NCBI GenBank assembly: GCA_913049535.1
Contig: CAJWYF010000005.1
Span: 9,962-73,961 of the forward strand
Source: an uncultured Synechococcus sp.
Lineage (GTDB): Bacteria > Cyanobacteriota > Cyanobacteriia > PCC-6307 > Cyanobiaceae
Direction of reading: 5' to 3'
DNA length: 64,000 nucleotides
Of the stretch, positions 45,970-58,660 are shown piece by piece; position 1 is the first letter of the stretch, and every line of letters starts with the position of its first letter. The translations under genes were made by a program, and so were the position numbers. The notes below the pieces were generated by a model, which saw only the letters and a list, made by a program, of their open reading frames with translations, did no database searches and had not been told where the DNA came from.

Positions 45970-47175
45970 ATGACGGGGAATTCGCCCAGTGATGGCGCCA
46001 CGCCGCTGGTGAGCGCCTTTTACGACCGATTCCCGTATCCCGGTGATCCTGTCCAGGACGGTCCGCCGCCGGGATACAACTGGCGTTGGTCGCTGGACGA
46101 TATCGACAGCTTCTGTCGCGGCGAACGTCGCCCTGCCATCGAGGGGATGTGCATCCTTGATGCGGGCTGCGGCACAGGCGTCAGCACCGACTATCTCGCC
46201 CACCTCAATCCCGGGACCGATATCTTGGCCATCGACATCAGTGCAGGGGCGCTGGCGGTGGCCCGTGAGCGCCTCAACCGCTCAGGAGCCCATCAACAAG
46301 CGCGTGTTCGCCTCGAGCAGCGCAGCTTGCTCGATCTGAGCGCTGAGGGGCCTTTCGATCACATCAATAGTGTGGGGGTGCTGCATCACCTGGCAGAACC
46401 CCTGGCTGGTCTTCGGGCCTTGGCTCCGTTGCTGGTCGCCGGTGGAACGCTTCATCTCTTTCTCTATGCCGATGCTGGGCGTTGGGAGATTCATCGCATC
46501 CAACGGGCTCTGGCGCTGCTCGGCGCGTCTGGTGACGCCGAAGGCTTGAAGCTGGGTCGCGCTCTGCTGGCGGAGCTGCCTGAGGAGAACCGGCTACGGC
46601 AGCGCCATGAGCAGCGCTGGGCGATTGACACCGCGCCTGACGCGAACTTTGCCGATATGTACCTGCACCCGCAGGAGACCAGTTACGACCTGCGGGGCCT
46701 CTGGGATTTCCTCGCGGCAGCTGGGTTCCGCTTCCTTGGCTTCAGCAACCCTGAGCAGTGGGATCTGAGCAGGGTGCTGCAAGGGGACCTGTTGGAGAGG
46801 GCTCAAGCCCTGTCTCAGACAGAACGCTGGCTGCTGATGGAAGCCCTGGATCCTGAGATCAGCCATTTTGAATTCTTTGTCTCCAACGAGGAGCTGAGCC
46901 CATGCTCCTGGGGCGATGACGCCGCCCTGCTGTTGGCCCAGCCCCGGCGCAGCCGATGTCTTTGGGGTTGGCCAGGCCAGCGCTTGCTGGATCGCAACCT
47001 GGCACCGCTCAACCTCAGCGAGGACCAGTTCGCCTTGCTTGAGGCGCTCGAGGCCTGTGATGCAGACGCTCCTGGCCTTGGGGATCTGCCCTTGGCATGG
47101 ACCGCTGAGCGGCGTTGTGCCGTCGCCCGAGAGTTGTTGAGCAGCGGCGTACTTTCATTGGCCCGGAAGGCCTGA
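45970..47175 (+). CDS. Class I SAM-dependent methyltransferase
   Basis: YDRFPYP, ILDAGCGTG, AIDIS, GVLHHL, DMYLHPQE. Confidence 0.88.
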   Translation: MTGNSPSDGATPLVSAFYDRFPYPGDPVQDGPPPGYNWRWSLDDIDSFCRGERRPAIEGMCILDAGCGTGVSTDYLAHLNPGTDILAIDISAGALAVARERLNRSGAHQQARVRLEQRSLLDLSAEGPFDHINSVGVLHHLAEPLAGLRALAPLLVAGGTLHLFLYADAGRWEIHRIQRALALLGASGDAEGLKLGRALLAELPEENRLRQRHEQRWAIDTAPDANFADMYLHPQETSYDLRGLWDFLAAAGFRFLGFSNPEQWDLSRVLQGDLLERAQALSQTERWLLMEALDPEISHFEFFVSNEELSPCSWGDDAALLLAQPRRSRCLWGWPGQRLLDRNLAPLNLSEDQFALLEALEACDADAPGLGDLPLAWTAERRCAVARELLSSGVLSLARKA

Positions 47176-47320
47176 GCTCACGTGATAGATTCCGCGGGCC
47201 CTGGCCGCCTGAAGCGCTTGCGACATCCCCGGCGACCAGCTTCTTTCGCCCATGTGAGAGAAGTTTTCGCCTCTGGATTGCAAATCTCTTCGGCAGCTTT
47301 TTCCTGTGATCTCTGATCCC

Positions 47321-47704
47321 ATGGCCGACTACCGGCGCGTTCAGCGCCGGTTCTTGTTGTTCACACTCGCGTTCACTGCGGTCTGTGTTCCACTTTCGGC
47401 GCTTTGGTTCAGCTCGATGACGGTGATGAGTTTGGCCATTGGTTGCATCGGCGGTCTGCTCTACCTCCTGCTTCTCTCCCGTTCGGTGGCGAAGCTTGGG
47501 CCCCAGAGCCGACAGCTGGGACGAGCACAATTGCTTGTTCCCGTGGTGCTCGTGCTGTTGTCATCGCGCTGGGATCTTTTCCAGCTGGTGCCTGCACTGA
47601 TCGGTTTTCTGATCTACAAACCTGCGGTGATTCTCAGCACCGCACTGGACCTCCGTGACGGTCAATCCGTTGCCGAGGCCTCTCCCAAGCCCTCAAACGC
47701 CTAG
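47321..47704 (+). CDS. atp1: ATP synthase protein I (Atp1/UncI)
   Basis: Small 4-TM protein ending GFLIYKPA; first gene of atp operon. Confidence 0.85.
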   Translation: MADYRRVQRRFLLFTLAFTAVCVPLSALWFSSMTVMSLAIGCIGGLLYLLLLSRSVAKLGPQSRQLGRAQLLVPVVLVLLSSRWDLFQLVPALIGFLIYKPAVILSTALDLRDGQSVAEASPKPSNA

Positions 47705-47710
47705 GAACCG

Positions 47711-48873
<1,163 letters not shown>

Positions 48874-48883
48874 TTTGAGGACT

Positions 48884-48905
48884 AGGGGGCGTTTCCACGC
48901 CCCCT
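48884..48905 (+). promoter_or_regulatory. 9-bp stem-loop after subunit c gene, no U-tract; likely mRNA stability/processing element
   Basis: AGGGGGCGT-TTCC-ACGCCCCCT. Confidence 0.6.
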
Positions 48906-48944
48906 GATCACCCTCGCTCTCTCTGTCCCAGCGCCCCCGGTTCC

Positions 48945-49412
48945 ATGCACAGCTGGCTTCTGCTGGCCGAAGCAGCTGCCCCTAAAGGCGGCCTGTTCGA
49001 TCTCGACGCCACCCTGCCGTTGATGGCAGTCCAGGTGGTTTTGCTCACCTTCATTCTCAACGCACTGTTCTTCCGCCCTGTCGGTAAGGCCGTTGAGGAC
49101 CGCGAGGGTTTCATCAGCACCAGCCGTGCCCAGGCCAAGGAAAAGCTGGCCCAGGCCGAGCGCCTTGAAGCCGAACTCAAGGCCCAGCTGCTTGATGCCC
49201 GTAAGCAGTCCCTGGCTGTGATCCAGGAGGCAGAGGAAGAAGTTGATCGCTTGTTCCGTGAAGCTCTTGCTCTGGCCCAGAGCGAAGCCAATGCGGTTCG
49301 CGAGAAAGCCCGCGTCCAGGTGGACGCTCAAAAGGCCGAAGCCTTTGCCGGCATTGATGCTCAGGCTGAGAAGCTTGGCTCCCTCATCGTTGACCGCTTG
49401 CTGGCCGCCTGA
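48945..49412 (+). CDS. atpF2: ATP synthase F0 subunit b' (cyanobacterial atpG)
   Basis: [24 protein letters not shown]. Confidence 0.95.
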   Translation: MHSWLLLAEAAAPKGGLFDLDATLPLMAVQVVLLTFILNALFFRPVGKAVEDREGFISTSRAQAKEKLAQAERLEAELKAQLLDARKQSLAVIQEAEEEVDRLFREALALAQSEANAVREKARVQVDAQKAEAFAGIDAQAEKLGSLIVDRLLAA

Positions 49413-49927
49413 TGACAACACTCCTTCCCACCGTTCTGGCCAACCACGGGTTCGGCCTGAACTTCAACATCCTTGAGACCAACCTGCTCAACCTGGTCCT
49501 CGTGATCGTGTTGCTGGTGTATTTCCTCAAGGGATTCCTGGGCAACATCCTCGAGCGTCGCCGCGAGGCGATCCTCGCTGACCTCAAAGATGCTGAAGAG
49601 CGTCTTGTCACGGCAGCCAAAGCCCTCGAGGAGGGCCAAAGCGAGTTGGCTCAGGCCAAATCCACCGCTGAAAAGATTCTGGCCGAGGCCAAGCAGCGCG
49701 CCAGCTTGATTCGGCAGGACGGTGAGCGCCGCACTGTCGAAGAGATGGCCCGCGTCAAGCAAGACGCCAACGCCAACCTCAATGCCGAAGCGGCGCGTGT
49801 CGTTGAGGCCCTGCGGGCGGAAACCGCACGGGTCGCCATCGATAAAGCTCTCGCTGCCCTGCCGCAGCGTCTGGATGACGCCAAGCGGGCGGAGCTGATT
49901 GATCGTTCCATCGAGGCACTCGGATAA
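49412..49927 (+). CDS. atpF: ATP synthase F0 subunit b
   Basis: FGLNFNILETNLLNL, LERRREAIL. Confidence 0.95.
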   Translation: MTTLLPTVLANHGFGLNFNILETNLLNLVLVIVLLVYFLKGFLGNILERRREAILADLKDAEERLVTAAKALEEGQSELAQAKSTAEKILAEAKQRASLIRQDGERRTVEEMARVKQDANANLNAEAARVVEALRAETARVAIDKALAALPQRLDDAKRAELIDRSIEALG

Positions 49928-49931
49928 GGCC

Positions 49932-50477
49932 ATGCCCCTGCTCAACACCCTCGCAACTCCATACGCTGACGCCCTGCTTCAAGTGGGTGAGGCTCGTGGA
50001 GCCACGGATGCCCTGGCTGAAGAAGCCAAAGCACTGCTTGAAGCCTGGAACACCAGTGCGGAACTGAGGGACGCCATGCGTTCCCCCGTGCTGTCCGTCG
50101 ACGGCAAGAAAAAGGCGCTCACCAGTTTATTCAGCGCCGGCGCCAGCCCAGCGATGCTCAACCTGCTGAAGCTGCTGGCTGACCGCCAACGGATCGGCAT
50201 CCTCGACGCCGTTCTGGAGCGCTTCCTCGAACTCCATCGTGAGCTTCGCGGAATCACCCTGGCTCACGTCACATCCGCCACTGCTCTGACCGAAGAGCAG
50301 CAGACCAAACTCACCGAGAAGGTGAAGGCCGTGGCCGGCACCGCTTCCGTGGACATCGATATGTCTGTGGATCCCACCCTGATCGGTGGTTTTGTGGTGC
50401 GCCTTGGCTCCAAAGTGATCGACGCCAGCCTGCAGGGCCAGGTACGGCGTCTTGGCCTGTCCCTGGCACGGGCCTGA
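49932..50477 (+). CDS. atpH: ATP synthase F1 subunit delta (cyanobacterial atpD)
   Basis: MPLLNTLATPYADALL, VDPTLIGGFVV, IDASL. Confidence 0.95.
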   Translation: MPLLNTLATPYADALLQVGEARGATDALAEEAKALLEAWNTSAELRDAMRSPVLSVDGKKKALTSLFSAGASPAMLNLLKLLADRQRIGILDAVLERFLELHRELRGITLAHVTSATALTEEQQTKLTEKVKAVAGTASVDIDMSVDPTLIGGFVVRLGSKVIDASLQGQVRRLGLSLARA

Positions 50478-52040
<1,563 letters not shown>

Positions 52041-52051
52041 GGATCTGAGTC

Positions 52052-52990
52052 ATGGCGAACCTGAAAGAGATCCGCGACCGGATCAAGTCCATCAAGAACA
52101 CGCGAAAGATCACTGAAGCCATGCGCTTGGTGGCGGCAGCCAAGGTGCGCCGCGCTCAGGATTTGGTCCTGCGCAGCCGTCCTTTCGCCGACCGTCTGGC
52201 CAGGGTGCTGGAAAGCCTCCAGAGCCGCATTGCTCTGGAAGCTGCCGATACCCCTTTGCTGCAGGCCCGCGATCCGCAACACATCACCCTTGTGGCGATG
52301 ACCGGTGATCGCGGTCTCTGCGGCGGCTTCAACGCCAACATCATCAAGCGCACCGAGCAGCGTTTTGCTGAGCTCAAGGCCACCGGTCATGAGGTGGCGC
52401 TGATCCTGGTGGGTCGCAAGGTTTCCACCTACTTCCAGAACCGTGATTACCCAATCACGGCCAGCTTCACCGGCCTTGACCAGCTGCCCACCTCAGCGGA
52501 TGCCATGCAGGTGTCGGATGCCATTCAGGCTGAATTCCTCGGCGGCGCCACCGATCGGGTTGAGCTGGTGTTCACCAAGTTCATCAACCTGGTGAGCACG
52601 ACCCCTGTTTACCAAACACTGCTGCCGCTTGATCCCCAGGGGATTGCGCAGGCTGATGATGAAATCTTCCGTTTCATCGGTAAAGAGGGTGATTCCGCTG
52701 CAGCGGCCTCCAATCAGGCTGACAAACTCAAGTCGGATCTTGTGTTTGAGCAGACCCCCAGCCAGCTGCTTGATGTTCTGCTTCCTCTCTATCTGCAGAA
52801 CCAGGTGTTGCGTTCGTTGCAGGAATCCGCAGCCAGTGAATTGGCCAGCCGGATGACAGCCATGAACAACGCCAGCGATAACGCCAAGGCCTTGGCCAAG
52901 ACGTTGACCCTTGATTACAACAAAGCCCGCCAAGCGGCCATCACCCAGGAAATCCTTGAGGTGGTTGGCGGTGCCGCAGCGATGGGTTGA
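52052..52990 (+). CDS. atpG: ATP synthase F1 subunit gamma (cyanobacterial atpC)
   Basis: MANLKEIRDRI, DRGLCG, RMTAMNNASDNA, ARQAAITQE. Confidence 0.98.
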   Translation: MANLKEIRDRIKSIKNTRKITEAMRLVAAAKVRRAQDLVLRSRPFADRLARVLESLQSRIALEAADTPLLQARDPQHITLVAMTGDRGLCGGFNANIIKRTEQRFAELKATGHEVALILVGRKVSTYFQNRDYPITASFTGLDQLPTSADAMQVSDAIQAEFLGGATDRVELVFTKFINLVSTTPVYQTLLPLDPQGIAQADDEIFRFIGKEGDSAAAASNQADKLKSDLVFEQTPSQLLDVLLPLYLQNQVLRSLQESAASELASRMTAMNNASDNAKALAKTLTLDYNKARQAAITQEILEVVGGAAAMG

Positions 52991-53008
52991 GCCAGCGGGC
53001 TCTGTTTG

Positions 53009-53033
53009 ACCGGCCCTGAGGGGCCGGTTTTTT
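53009..53033 (+). terminator. Intrinsic terminator of atp operon
   Basis: ACCGGCCC-TGA-GGGCCGGT followed by T run. Confidence 0.88.
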
Positions 53034-53042
53034 TATGCCTGG

Positions 53043-53810
53043 ATGTCGTTCATGAGACCTCACTCCTCCGCTGAGCTGCAGCTGGAGCCGCTCTTCCCGA
53101 TGGCCTTGGCCAGGGCCCAGTTGCACCTTGATCCACTCGATCTGGCCGCATGGATGCAGCAGGTGCTGCATCTGCGTGGTGCTGCAGCTGGCAATCCGCA
53201 GCATGGCTGCGCGTGGACCGGTGACATCAACGGTGTCTGGCAGCTGCACCGCCTGCCCCTGTTTGCACCCCTGGTGCGGCAGCTGCAGCAGCACGTGGAG
53301 GTGTATCTCCAGGAGCTGGGCTTTGATCCATCCCAGGTGTTGCCCATGATCCAGCGCTCATGGCCGGTGGTGAGCGAGCCGGGTCAGCAGGTGGGTCGCC
53401 ATCACCATCCCAATGCCCATCTCAGCGCCTTGCTCTACCTCAACGGTGATGGCCGGGGTGAAACCGGCTGCCTCAGGTTGTTTGCCCCCCACCAATGCAA
53501 TGAACTGGTGCCAGGTCTGTCCGTGGGCCATGGTGGACCGTTGCGCGAGCAGGATCCCGCCCGGCGGCGCTGGAATGCACCCTGGTTGGATCATGCCCCT
53601 GTTGCCGGAGAGTTGCTGCTCTTCCCGGCGGCGCTGGATCATGCGGTCACCGAGAACTGCAGCGCGGATGAGCAGAGGCTTTCCATCGCCTTTGATCTGG
53701 TGCTGTGCTCCCCCCGCCCAACGCCTGAGAACGCCACCCCTGCGGAGTACCTCTCGCCCCACCCCAGTCAGTGGGACCCGTTGCGTCAGGATGAGCCGCT
53801 GAACCCGTGA
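53043..53810 (+). CDS. Putative 2OG-Fe(II) oxygenase (TIGR02466-like)
   Basis: LFPMAL, RSWPVV, HHHPNAHLSA, LLFPAALDHAV, RLSIAFDL. Confidence 0.7.
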   Translation: MSFMRPHSSAELQLEPLFPMALARAQLHLDPLDLAAWMQQVLHLRGAAAGNPQHGCAWTGDINGVWQLHRLPLFAPLVRQLQQHVEVYLQELGFDPSQVLPMIQRSWPVVSEPGQQVGRHHHPNAHLSALLYLNGDGRGETGCLRLFAPHQCNELVPGLSVGHGGPLREQDPARRRWNAPWLDHAPVAGELLLFPAALDHAVTENCSADEQRLSIAFDLVLCSPRPTPENATPAEYLSPHPSQWDPLRQDEPLNP

Positions 53811-53828
53811 CAAGCGATTCAACCGACG

Positions 53829-54152
53829 ATGGCAGAGATCTATCAGGTGAGCGTTGAGCTCGACGGACAATGCCATCAGTTTCCATGTAGCGCTGATCAG
53901 ACCGTGCTCAATGCCGCCGAGGCAGCCGGTGTCCCCCTGCCCAGCTCCTGTTGCGCAGGGGTCTGCACCACTTGTGCGGCCAGCATTCAGGCCGGCCAGG
54001 TGCACCAGCCTGATGCCATGGGCGTCAAGGAGGAGTTGCGTGAAAAGGGGTTTGCCCTGCTGTGCGTCAGCTATCCACGCTCTGATGTGCAGTTCATTGC
54101 CGGGCAGGAAGACGCCCTCTACGAGGCCCAATTCGGTCAGTACCAGAAGTGA
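53829..54152 (+). CDS. 2Fe-2S ferredoxin
   Basis: SCCAGVCTTC...LLCVSYP. Confidence 0.92.
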   Translation: MAEIYQVSVELDGQCHQFPCSADQTVLNAAEAAGVPLPSSCCAGVCTTCAASIQAGQVHQPDAMGVKEELREKGFALLCVSYPRSDVQFIAGQEDALYEAQFGQYQK

Positions 54153-54346
54153 TGCAGCCCGAGCTGGGGCTGCAAAGCATGCAGCTGGTGTTGCCCTGGC
54201 CTGATCACATCCCCTGCTCAGCCCTGCGCGGTTGGATCCGCCAGCAGTTGGCCCGTCACGGTGAGCCGCTGCGCTGGTCCATCACGGCCGTTGAATCCGT
54301 TGATCAGACCCGCCAACTGCGCCTGGAGGCGGTCGTGCTGCAATGA
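54152..54346 (+). CDS. Small conserved hypothetical protein
   Basis: GEPLRWSIT...LRLEAVV; stop/start overlaps on both sides. Confidence 0.65.
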   Translation: MQPELGLQSMQLVLPWPDHIPCSALRGWIRQQLARHGEPLRWSITAVESVDQTRQLRLEAVVLQ

Positions 54347-55398
54347 CCAGCGCCCCCCTGCCCACCTTGATGGTGGTGCCGACCGGGATCGGTTGTGCCA
54401 TCGGCGGTTACGCAGGTGATGCCCTGCCCAGTGCTCGCCTCTTGGCCGCCGCCAGCGGTTGCCTGATCACCCATCCCAACGTGATGAACGGGGCGGCCTT
54501 GTACTGGCGTGATCCCCGCATGCATTACGTGGAGGGTTACAGCCTCGACCGTTTTGCGGCGGCGGAGTGGGTGCTGCGACCTGTCCGTCGTCAGCGGATC
54601 GGTCTGTTGCTGGATGTCGGGATCGAGCCGGAGCTGGCCCAGCGGCAGATTCAAGTGGCCGAAGGCTGCAGCGCCACCCTCGGCTTGGAGATCGGACCGG
54701 TGGTGCAGACCGATCAACCGCTGGAGGTGCAGCTGGAGCTCGGTGCCAGCGGTGCTTCCAGCGGCCGGATTGCTGCTCCTGGGACGTTGCTGCGCGCGGG
54801 CGAGCGTCTCAAACAGGCCGGAGCCACCGCGATTGCCGTGGTGGCGCGCTTCCCGGAAGATCCTGACAGTGAAGCGCTGGCGGCGTACCGGCAGGGCAGC
54901 GGCGTCGATGCGCTGGCTGGTGCTGAGGCGGTGATCAGCCACCTGCTGGTGCGCCACTTGCAGCTGCCCTGTGCCCATGCCCCGGCTCTGGCCCCCCTGC
55001 CGTTGGACCCGGCGCTGGATCCACGGGCCGCCGGGGAAGAGTTGGGCTATACCTTTCTGGCGTGCGTGCTGGTGGGTCTGAGCTGCGCCCCCGATCTGTT
55101 GCCCGCCGCTCAAGCCCAGCCTGGCGATCTCCTGGCCCAACAGCTTGGTGCGGTGGTGGCTCCCCAGGGCGCGTTGGGTGGGGAAGCGGTGCTGGCCTGT
55201 CTTGAGCGTGGTGTTCCCTTGATCAGCGTGGCCAACCCATCGCTGCTGGCGGTGGATCAAGCCGCCCTTGGACTGGAGTGCGGCGTTCTGCAGGCGTCGA
55301 GTTACAGCGAGGCGGCAGGTCTGCTGCTGGCGCTGCGTGAAGGCCTGGCCCCAGCGGCCCTGACCCGTCCTGTCTCACCGCTGCAACGACTGCCGTGA
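54343..55398 (+). CDS. DUF3326-family protein
   Basis: VVPTGIGCAIGGYAGDA, ITHPNVMNGA, GVDALAGAEAVISH. Confidence 0.85.
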   Translation: MTSAPLPTLMVVPTGIGCAIGGYAGDALPSARLLAAASGCLITHPNVMNGAALYWRDPRMHYVEGYSLDRFAAAEWVLRPVRRQRIGLLLDVGIEPELAQRQIQVAEGCSATLGLEIGPVVQTDQPLEVQLELGASGASSGRIAAPGTLLRAGERLKQAGATAIAVVARFPEDPDSEALAAYRQGSGVDALAGAEAVISHLLVRHLQLPCAHAPALAPLPLDPALDPRAAGEELGYTFLACVLVGLSCAPDLLPAAQAQPGDLLAQQLGAVVAPQGALGGEAVLACLERGVPLISVANPSLLAVDQAALGLECGVLQASSYSEAAGLLLALREGLAPAALTRPVSPLQRLP

Positions 55399-55796
55399 TG
55401 GGATTGGGATTTGGCTCGGCCTGCCCCTGTGGCGGCGGCCGCTACCAGCACTGCTGCGCTCCGTTTCATCGGGGTGAGCAACGGCCGGCAACACCTGAGC
55501 AGCTGATGCGTTCCCGTTACAGCGCCTTTGCCTTGGGCCTTGCGGCCTACCTTGAGGCCACCCATGCCGGCGGTGGCCCGGTCACGATCGATCCCCAGCT
55601 GCGCTGGCTCGGCCTCAAGGTGCTCCACAGCAGCGCCACCACACCCACCGATGTGGAGGGAACCGTGCGTTTCATCGCGCGCTACCGCGCGGGTGGCGGT
55701 GACGGCCAGCTGCGTGAGCACTCCCTGTTTCAGCGGCGCGGTGGCCGCCGCGATGGCGATTGGCTCTACATCCGAGCACTGGATGCACCGGAGTGA
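55395..55796 (+). CDS. YchJ-family (SEC-C motif) protein
   Basis: CPCGGGRYQHCC, TPEQLMRSRYSAF, VRFIARY, EHSLF, WLY. Confidence 0.88.
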   Translation: MMGLGFGSACPCGGGRYQHCCAPFHRGEQRPATPEQLMRSRYSAFALGLAAYLEATHAGGGPVTIDPQLRWLGLKVLHSSATTPTDVEGTVRFIARYRAGGGDGQLREHSLFQRRGGRRDGDWLYIRALDAPE

Positions 55797-55798
55797 GT

Positions 55799-56938
55799 TC
55801 AGCGCAGGCAGGCCATGGGATGACGCGGCGTCAGGTTGAGGGCACGGCCGACACCGGGATGGCACACCGATCCCTCCACGGTGTTGAGCCCTGAGAGCAG
55901 TTCAGGGCGTTCGGTGACGGCTTCCCTGAGGCCCCTTCCGGCAATGGTGGAGATGTAGGGCAGCGTGACACTTACCAGGGCTTCTGTTGAGGTGAAGGGC
56001 ACCGCCCCAGGCATGTTGCCCACGGCGTAGTGCTGAACACCGAATTTCTCAAGCACGGGGTCGGTGTGGGTGGTTTCTTCACTGGTGGCGATGCATCCCC
56101 CCTGGTCGATCGCCACATCGACGATCACCGATCCAGGCCGCATCTGCTGCACCAGCTCTTCGTCCACCAGGGTGGGGGCACGGCCTCCGGGGGTGAGTAC
56201 GGCTCCAATCAGCAAATCGGCCGTGGGCACCACGCGTTCAATCAGGCCCCTGCTGCTGACCAGGCTCACCAGCCGGCCGCGGCGATCGGCCTCCAGGCTG
56301 CGCAGCCGCTGGGGTGAGCGATCCAGCAGCAGCACCTCCGCATCCATGGCGGCGGCGATACGGGCTGCATTCCAGCCCACCGTGCCAGCGCCGAGGACCA
56401 CCACACGCGCCGGTTTGACCCCCGTGCAGCCCCCCAGCAAGACACCGCGGCCGCCATGGGGGCGCTCCAGTAGGTACGCACCCGCCTGGGTGGCCAGGCG
56501 TCCGGCGATTTCGCTCATGGGCGCGAGCAGCGGCAGCGTGCCGTTCTCGAGTTGAACGGTCTCATAGGCAATGGAGGTGCAGCCGCTCTCCAGCAGCGCG
56601 CGACCCACGGCCGGGTAAGCCGCCAGGTGCAGGTAGGTGAACAGCACCAGGTCATGGCGCAGCAAGGGGAACTCCTCGGGCTGCGGTTCCTTGACCTTCA
56701 CCACCAGGTGGGCGGCCCAGGCCTCATCGCGGCTGACCAATGCCGCCCCGGCTGCAGCAAAGGTGGCGTCATCGATGCCGGCACCGGCACCGGCGTCCCG
56801 TTCGATGCGCACCTCCAGCCCCAGGCTGACCAGCTCCCGCACCGCATCTGGGGTCAGTGCAACCCGCTGCTCATCGCGTTTGATCTCCCGCGGAATACCA
56901 ATGCTGCTGATGGAGGCGGCGTGCTGGGGGGCGGCCAT
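55799..56938 (-). CDS. ald: Alanine dehydrogenase
   Basis: IGIPREIK..EQRVALTP, VKVKEP, FTYLHLAA, MSEIAGR, DVAIDQGGC, VGNMPGAVP. Confidence 0.95.
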   Translation of the reverse strand: MAAPQHAASISSIGIPREIKRDEQRVALTPDAVRELVSLGLEVRIERDAGAGAGIDDATFAAAGAALVSRDEAWAAHLVVKVKEPQPEEFPLLRHDLVLFTYLHLAAYPAVGRALLESGCTSIAYETVQLENGTLPLLAPMSEIAGRLATQAGAYLLERPHGGRGVLLGGCTGVKPARVVVLGAGTVGWNAARIAAAMDAEVLLLDRSPQRLRSLEADRRGRLVSLVSSRGLIERVVPTADLLIGAVLTPGGRAPTLVDEELVQQMRPGSVIVDVAIDQGGCIATSEETTHTDPVLEKFGVQHYAVGNMPGAVPFTSTEALVSVTLPYISTIAGRGLREAVTERPELLSGLNTVEGSVCHPGVGRALNLTPRHPMACLR

Positions 56939-56956
56939 GGTGCACTCGTGCTGTCT

Positions 56957-58660
56957 TCAGCGTGGCGATTTCGCCGCAGTGATGCCAGTGCCTGCGGCAA
57001 TCGGCATGCGCCAACCGCTGCCAAAGGCCTGCTCGCTGAGCTTCAGGACAGGGGCTGCCTGGCGGCGTTTGAACTCCGAGCGTTTCAGCAGACGCCAGAT
57101 CTGCTCGACGGTCTGAGGATCCTCACCGGCGGCGATCAACTGCGCTGGCCCGGCATGCTCCTCAATCAGGCTGCGCAGCAGGCGATCGAGCGCTGGGTAG
57201 TCGGGCAATGAATCACTGTCGCGCTGATCCGGACGCAGTTCAGCGCTGGGGGGCTTCTCGCGGATGGCATCGCCGATGAGGGGTCCTTCCGCTGGCAGGC
57301 CGCAACGCCTGCGCTCCTCGGCTGCTGCGGGGCTGTCGAGCCAGCGGGCGAGGCCGTAAACCTCGGTTTTGTAGAGGTCGCCGATCACCGCCAGGCCCCC
57401 GTTCATGTCGCCGTACAGGGTGCAGTACCCCACGGCCAGTTCCGATTTGTTGCCGGTCGCCAGCAGCAGCTGCCCCTCCGCGTTGGCCACGGCCATCAGC
57501 AGGGTGCCGCGGATGCGGGACTGGAGGTTTTCTGCGGTCACGCCTGCCGGAACGACCCCGAGGGCCGGGGTCAGGCTGGCGTCATAGATCCCCATCAACG
57601 CAGCAATCGGCACGGTGGTTGTGCGCAGTTGCAGGCGCTCCGCCAGCGCCTGGGCATCATCGATCGAACCGGTGGAGCTGTAGGGCGAGGGCAACAGCAA
57701 GGCCCTGACCTGCTGGGCACCAAGGGCTGCTGCGGCAACAGCGGCCACCAGCGCCGAGTCGATGCCGCCGCTCAGTCCCAGCAGCGCTGAGCGAAAGCCG
57801 CACTTGCTGGCGTAGTCCTGCACGCCCAGCACCAGCATGCGCCAGATTTCGGCTTCAGGACTTAAGTCATCGAGCGCTTGGCTCAGGGGTTCACGCGTGT
57901 TCCACAGGGCGACGGACCGCTCCGCGCAGGGGAGCTGACAGCAGCGTGAGCCGCTCGTGTTCACCACAAAGCTGCTGCCATCAAAGATCAATTCATCGTT
58001 GCCCCCCACCTGATTGACGTAAACCACCGGGCAGCCAAGACGGCTTGCTGCGGCGGCGGCCAGCTGCTGGCGGCGGCGGGACTTGCCCTGGGCGTAGGGG
58101 GACGCGGAGAGATTGATCAGCAGCTGCGGATGCAGGGGCACCAACGCAGCGATCGGATCGCAACTGGGTTGGGGCTGACCGGTGATGGCCTCATCCACCC
58201 AGAGGTCTTCGCAGAGGCTCAGCCCCAGTCGCACAGGCGGCTGGCCCTGGAGCTTCAGCTCGAGAAGACCGGGCTCCTGGCCTGCTGTGAAGTAGCGCCG
58301 CTCATCAAAGACGTCGTAGCTGGGCAGCAGCCGCTTGCGGGCCACCACCTTCCACTGCTGCTCGTGCACCAGGGCCAGCGCGTTGTACATCGCCCGTGGC
58401 TGCCGCTCCACCACACCCAGCAGCAACGCCAACTCAGGCGGCAGGCTGGCGGCGAGATGGTCCAGCTGCTGGTCCTGCAGCGCAACCAGGTCCTGTTGCA
58501 GCAGCAGATCGCGCGGTGGGTAGCCCCACAGGGCCAGTTCCGGGGCCAGGGCCAGCTGGGCTCCAGCTGCAGCGGCTTGGCAGGCATCGCTCAGCAGCGC
58601 GGCCGTATTGCCGCGCAGATCACCCACCAGGGGATTCGACTGGATCAGGGCGATCCGCAC
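56957..58660 (-). CDS. nadE: Glutamine-dependent NAD+ synthetase
   Basis: Nitrilase triad (PEL, RKRLLP, CED); LGLSGGIDSA, ENLQSRIRG, GNKSE, PSAELRPDQ.D. Confidence 0.95.
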   Translation of the reverse strand: MRIALIQSNPLVGDLRGNTAALLSDACQAAAAGAQLALAPELALWGYPPRDLLLQQDLVALQDQQLDHLAASLPPELALLLGVVERQPRAMYNALALVHEQQWKVVARKRLLPSYDVFDERRYFTAGQEPGLLELKLQGQPPVRLGLSLCEDLWVDEAITGQPQPSCDPIAALVPLHPQLLINLSASPYAQGKSRRRQQLAAAAASRLGCPVVYVNQVGGNDELIFDGSSFVVNTSGSRCCQLPCAERSVALWNTREPLSQALDDLSPEAEIWRMLVLGVQDYASKCGFRSALLGLSGGIDSALVAAVAAAALGAQQVRALLLPSPYSSTGSIDDAQALAERLQLRTTTVPIAALMGIYDASLTPALGVVPAGVTAENLQSRIRGTLLMAVANAEGQLLLATGNKSELAVGYCTLYGDMNGGLAVIGDLYKTEVYGLARWLDSPAAAEERRRCGLPAEGPLIGDAIREKPPSAELRPDQRDSDSLPDYPALDRLLRSLIEEHAGPAQLIAAGEDPQTVEQIWRLLKRSEFKRRQAAPVLKLSEQAFGSGWRMPIAAGTGITAAKSPR

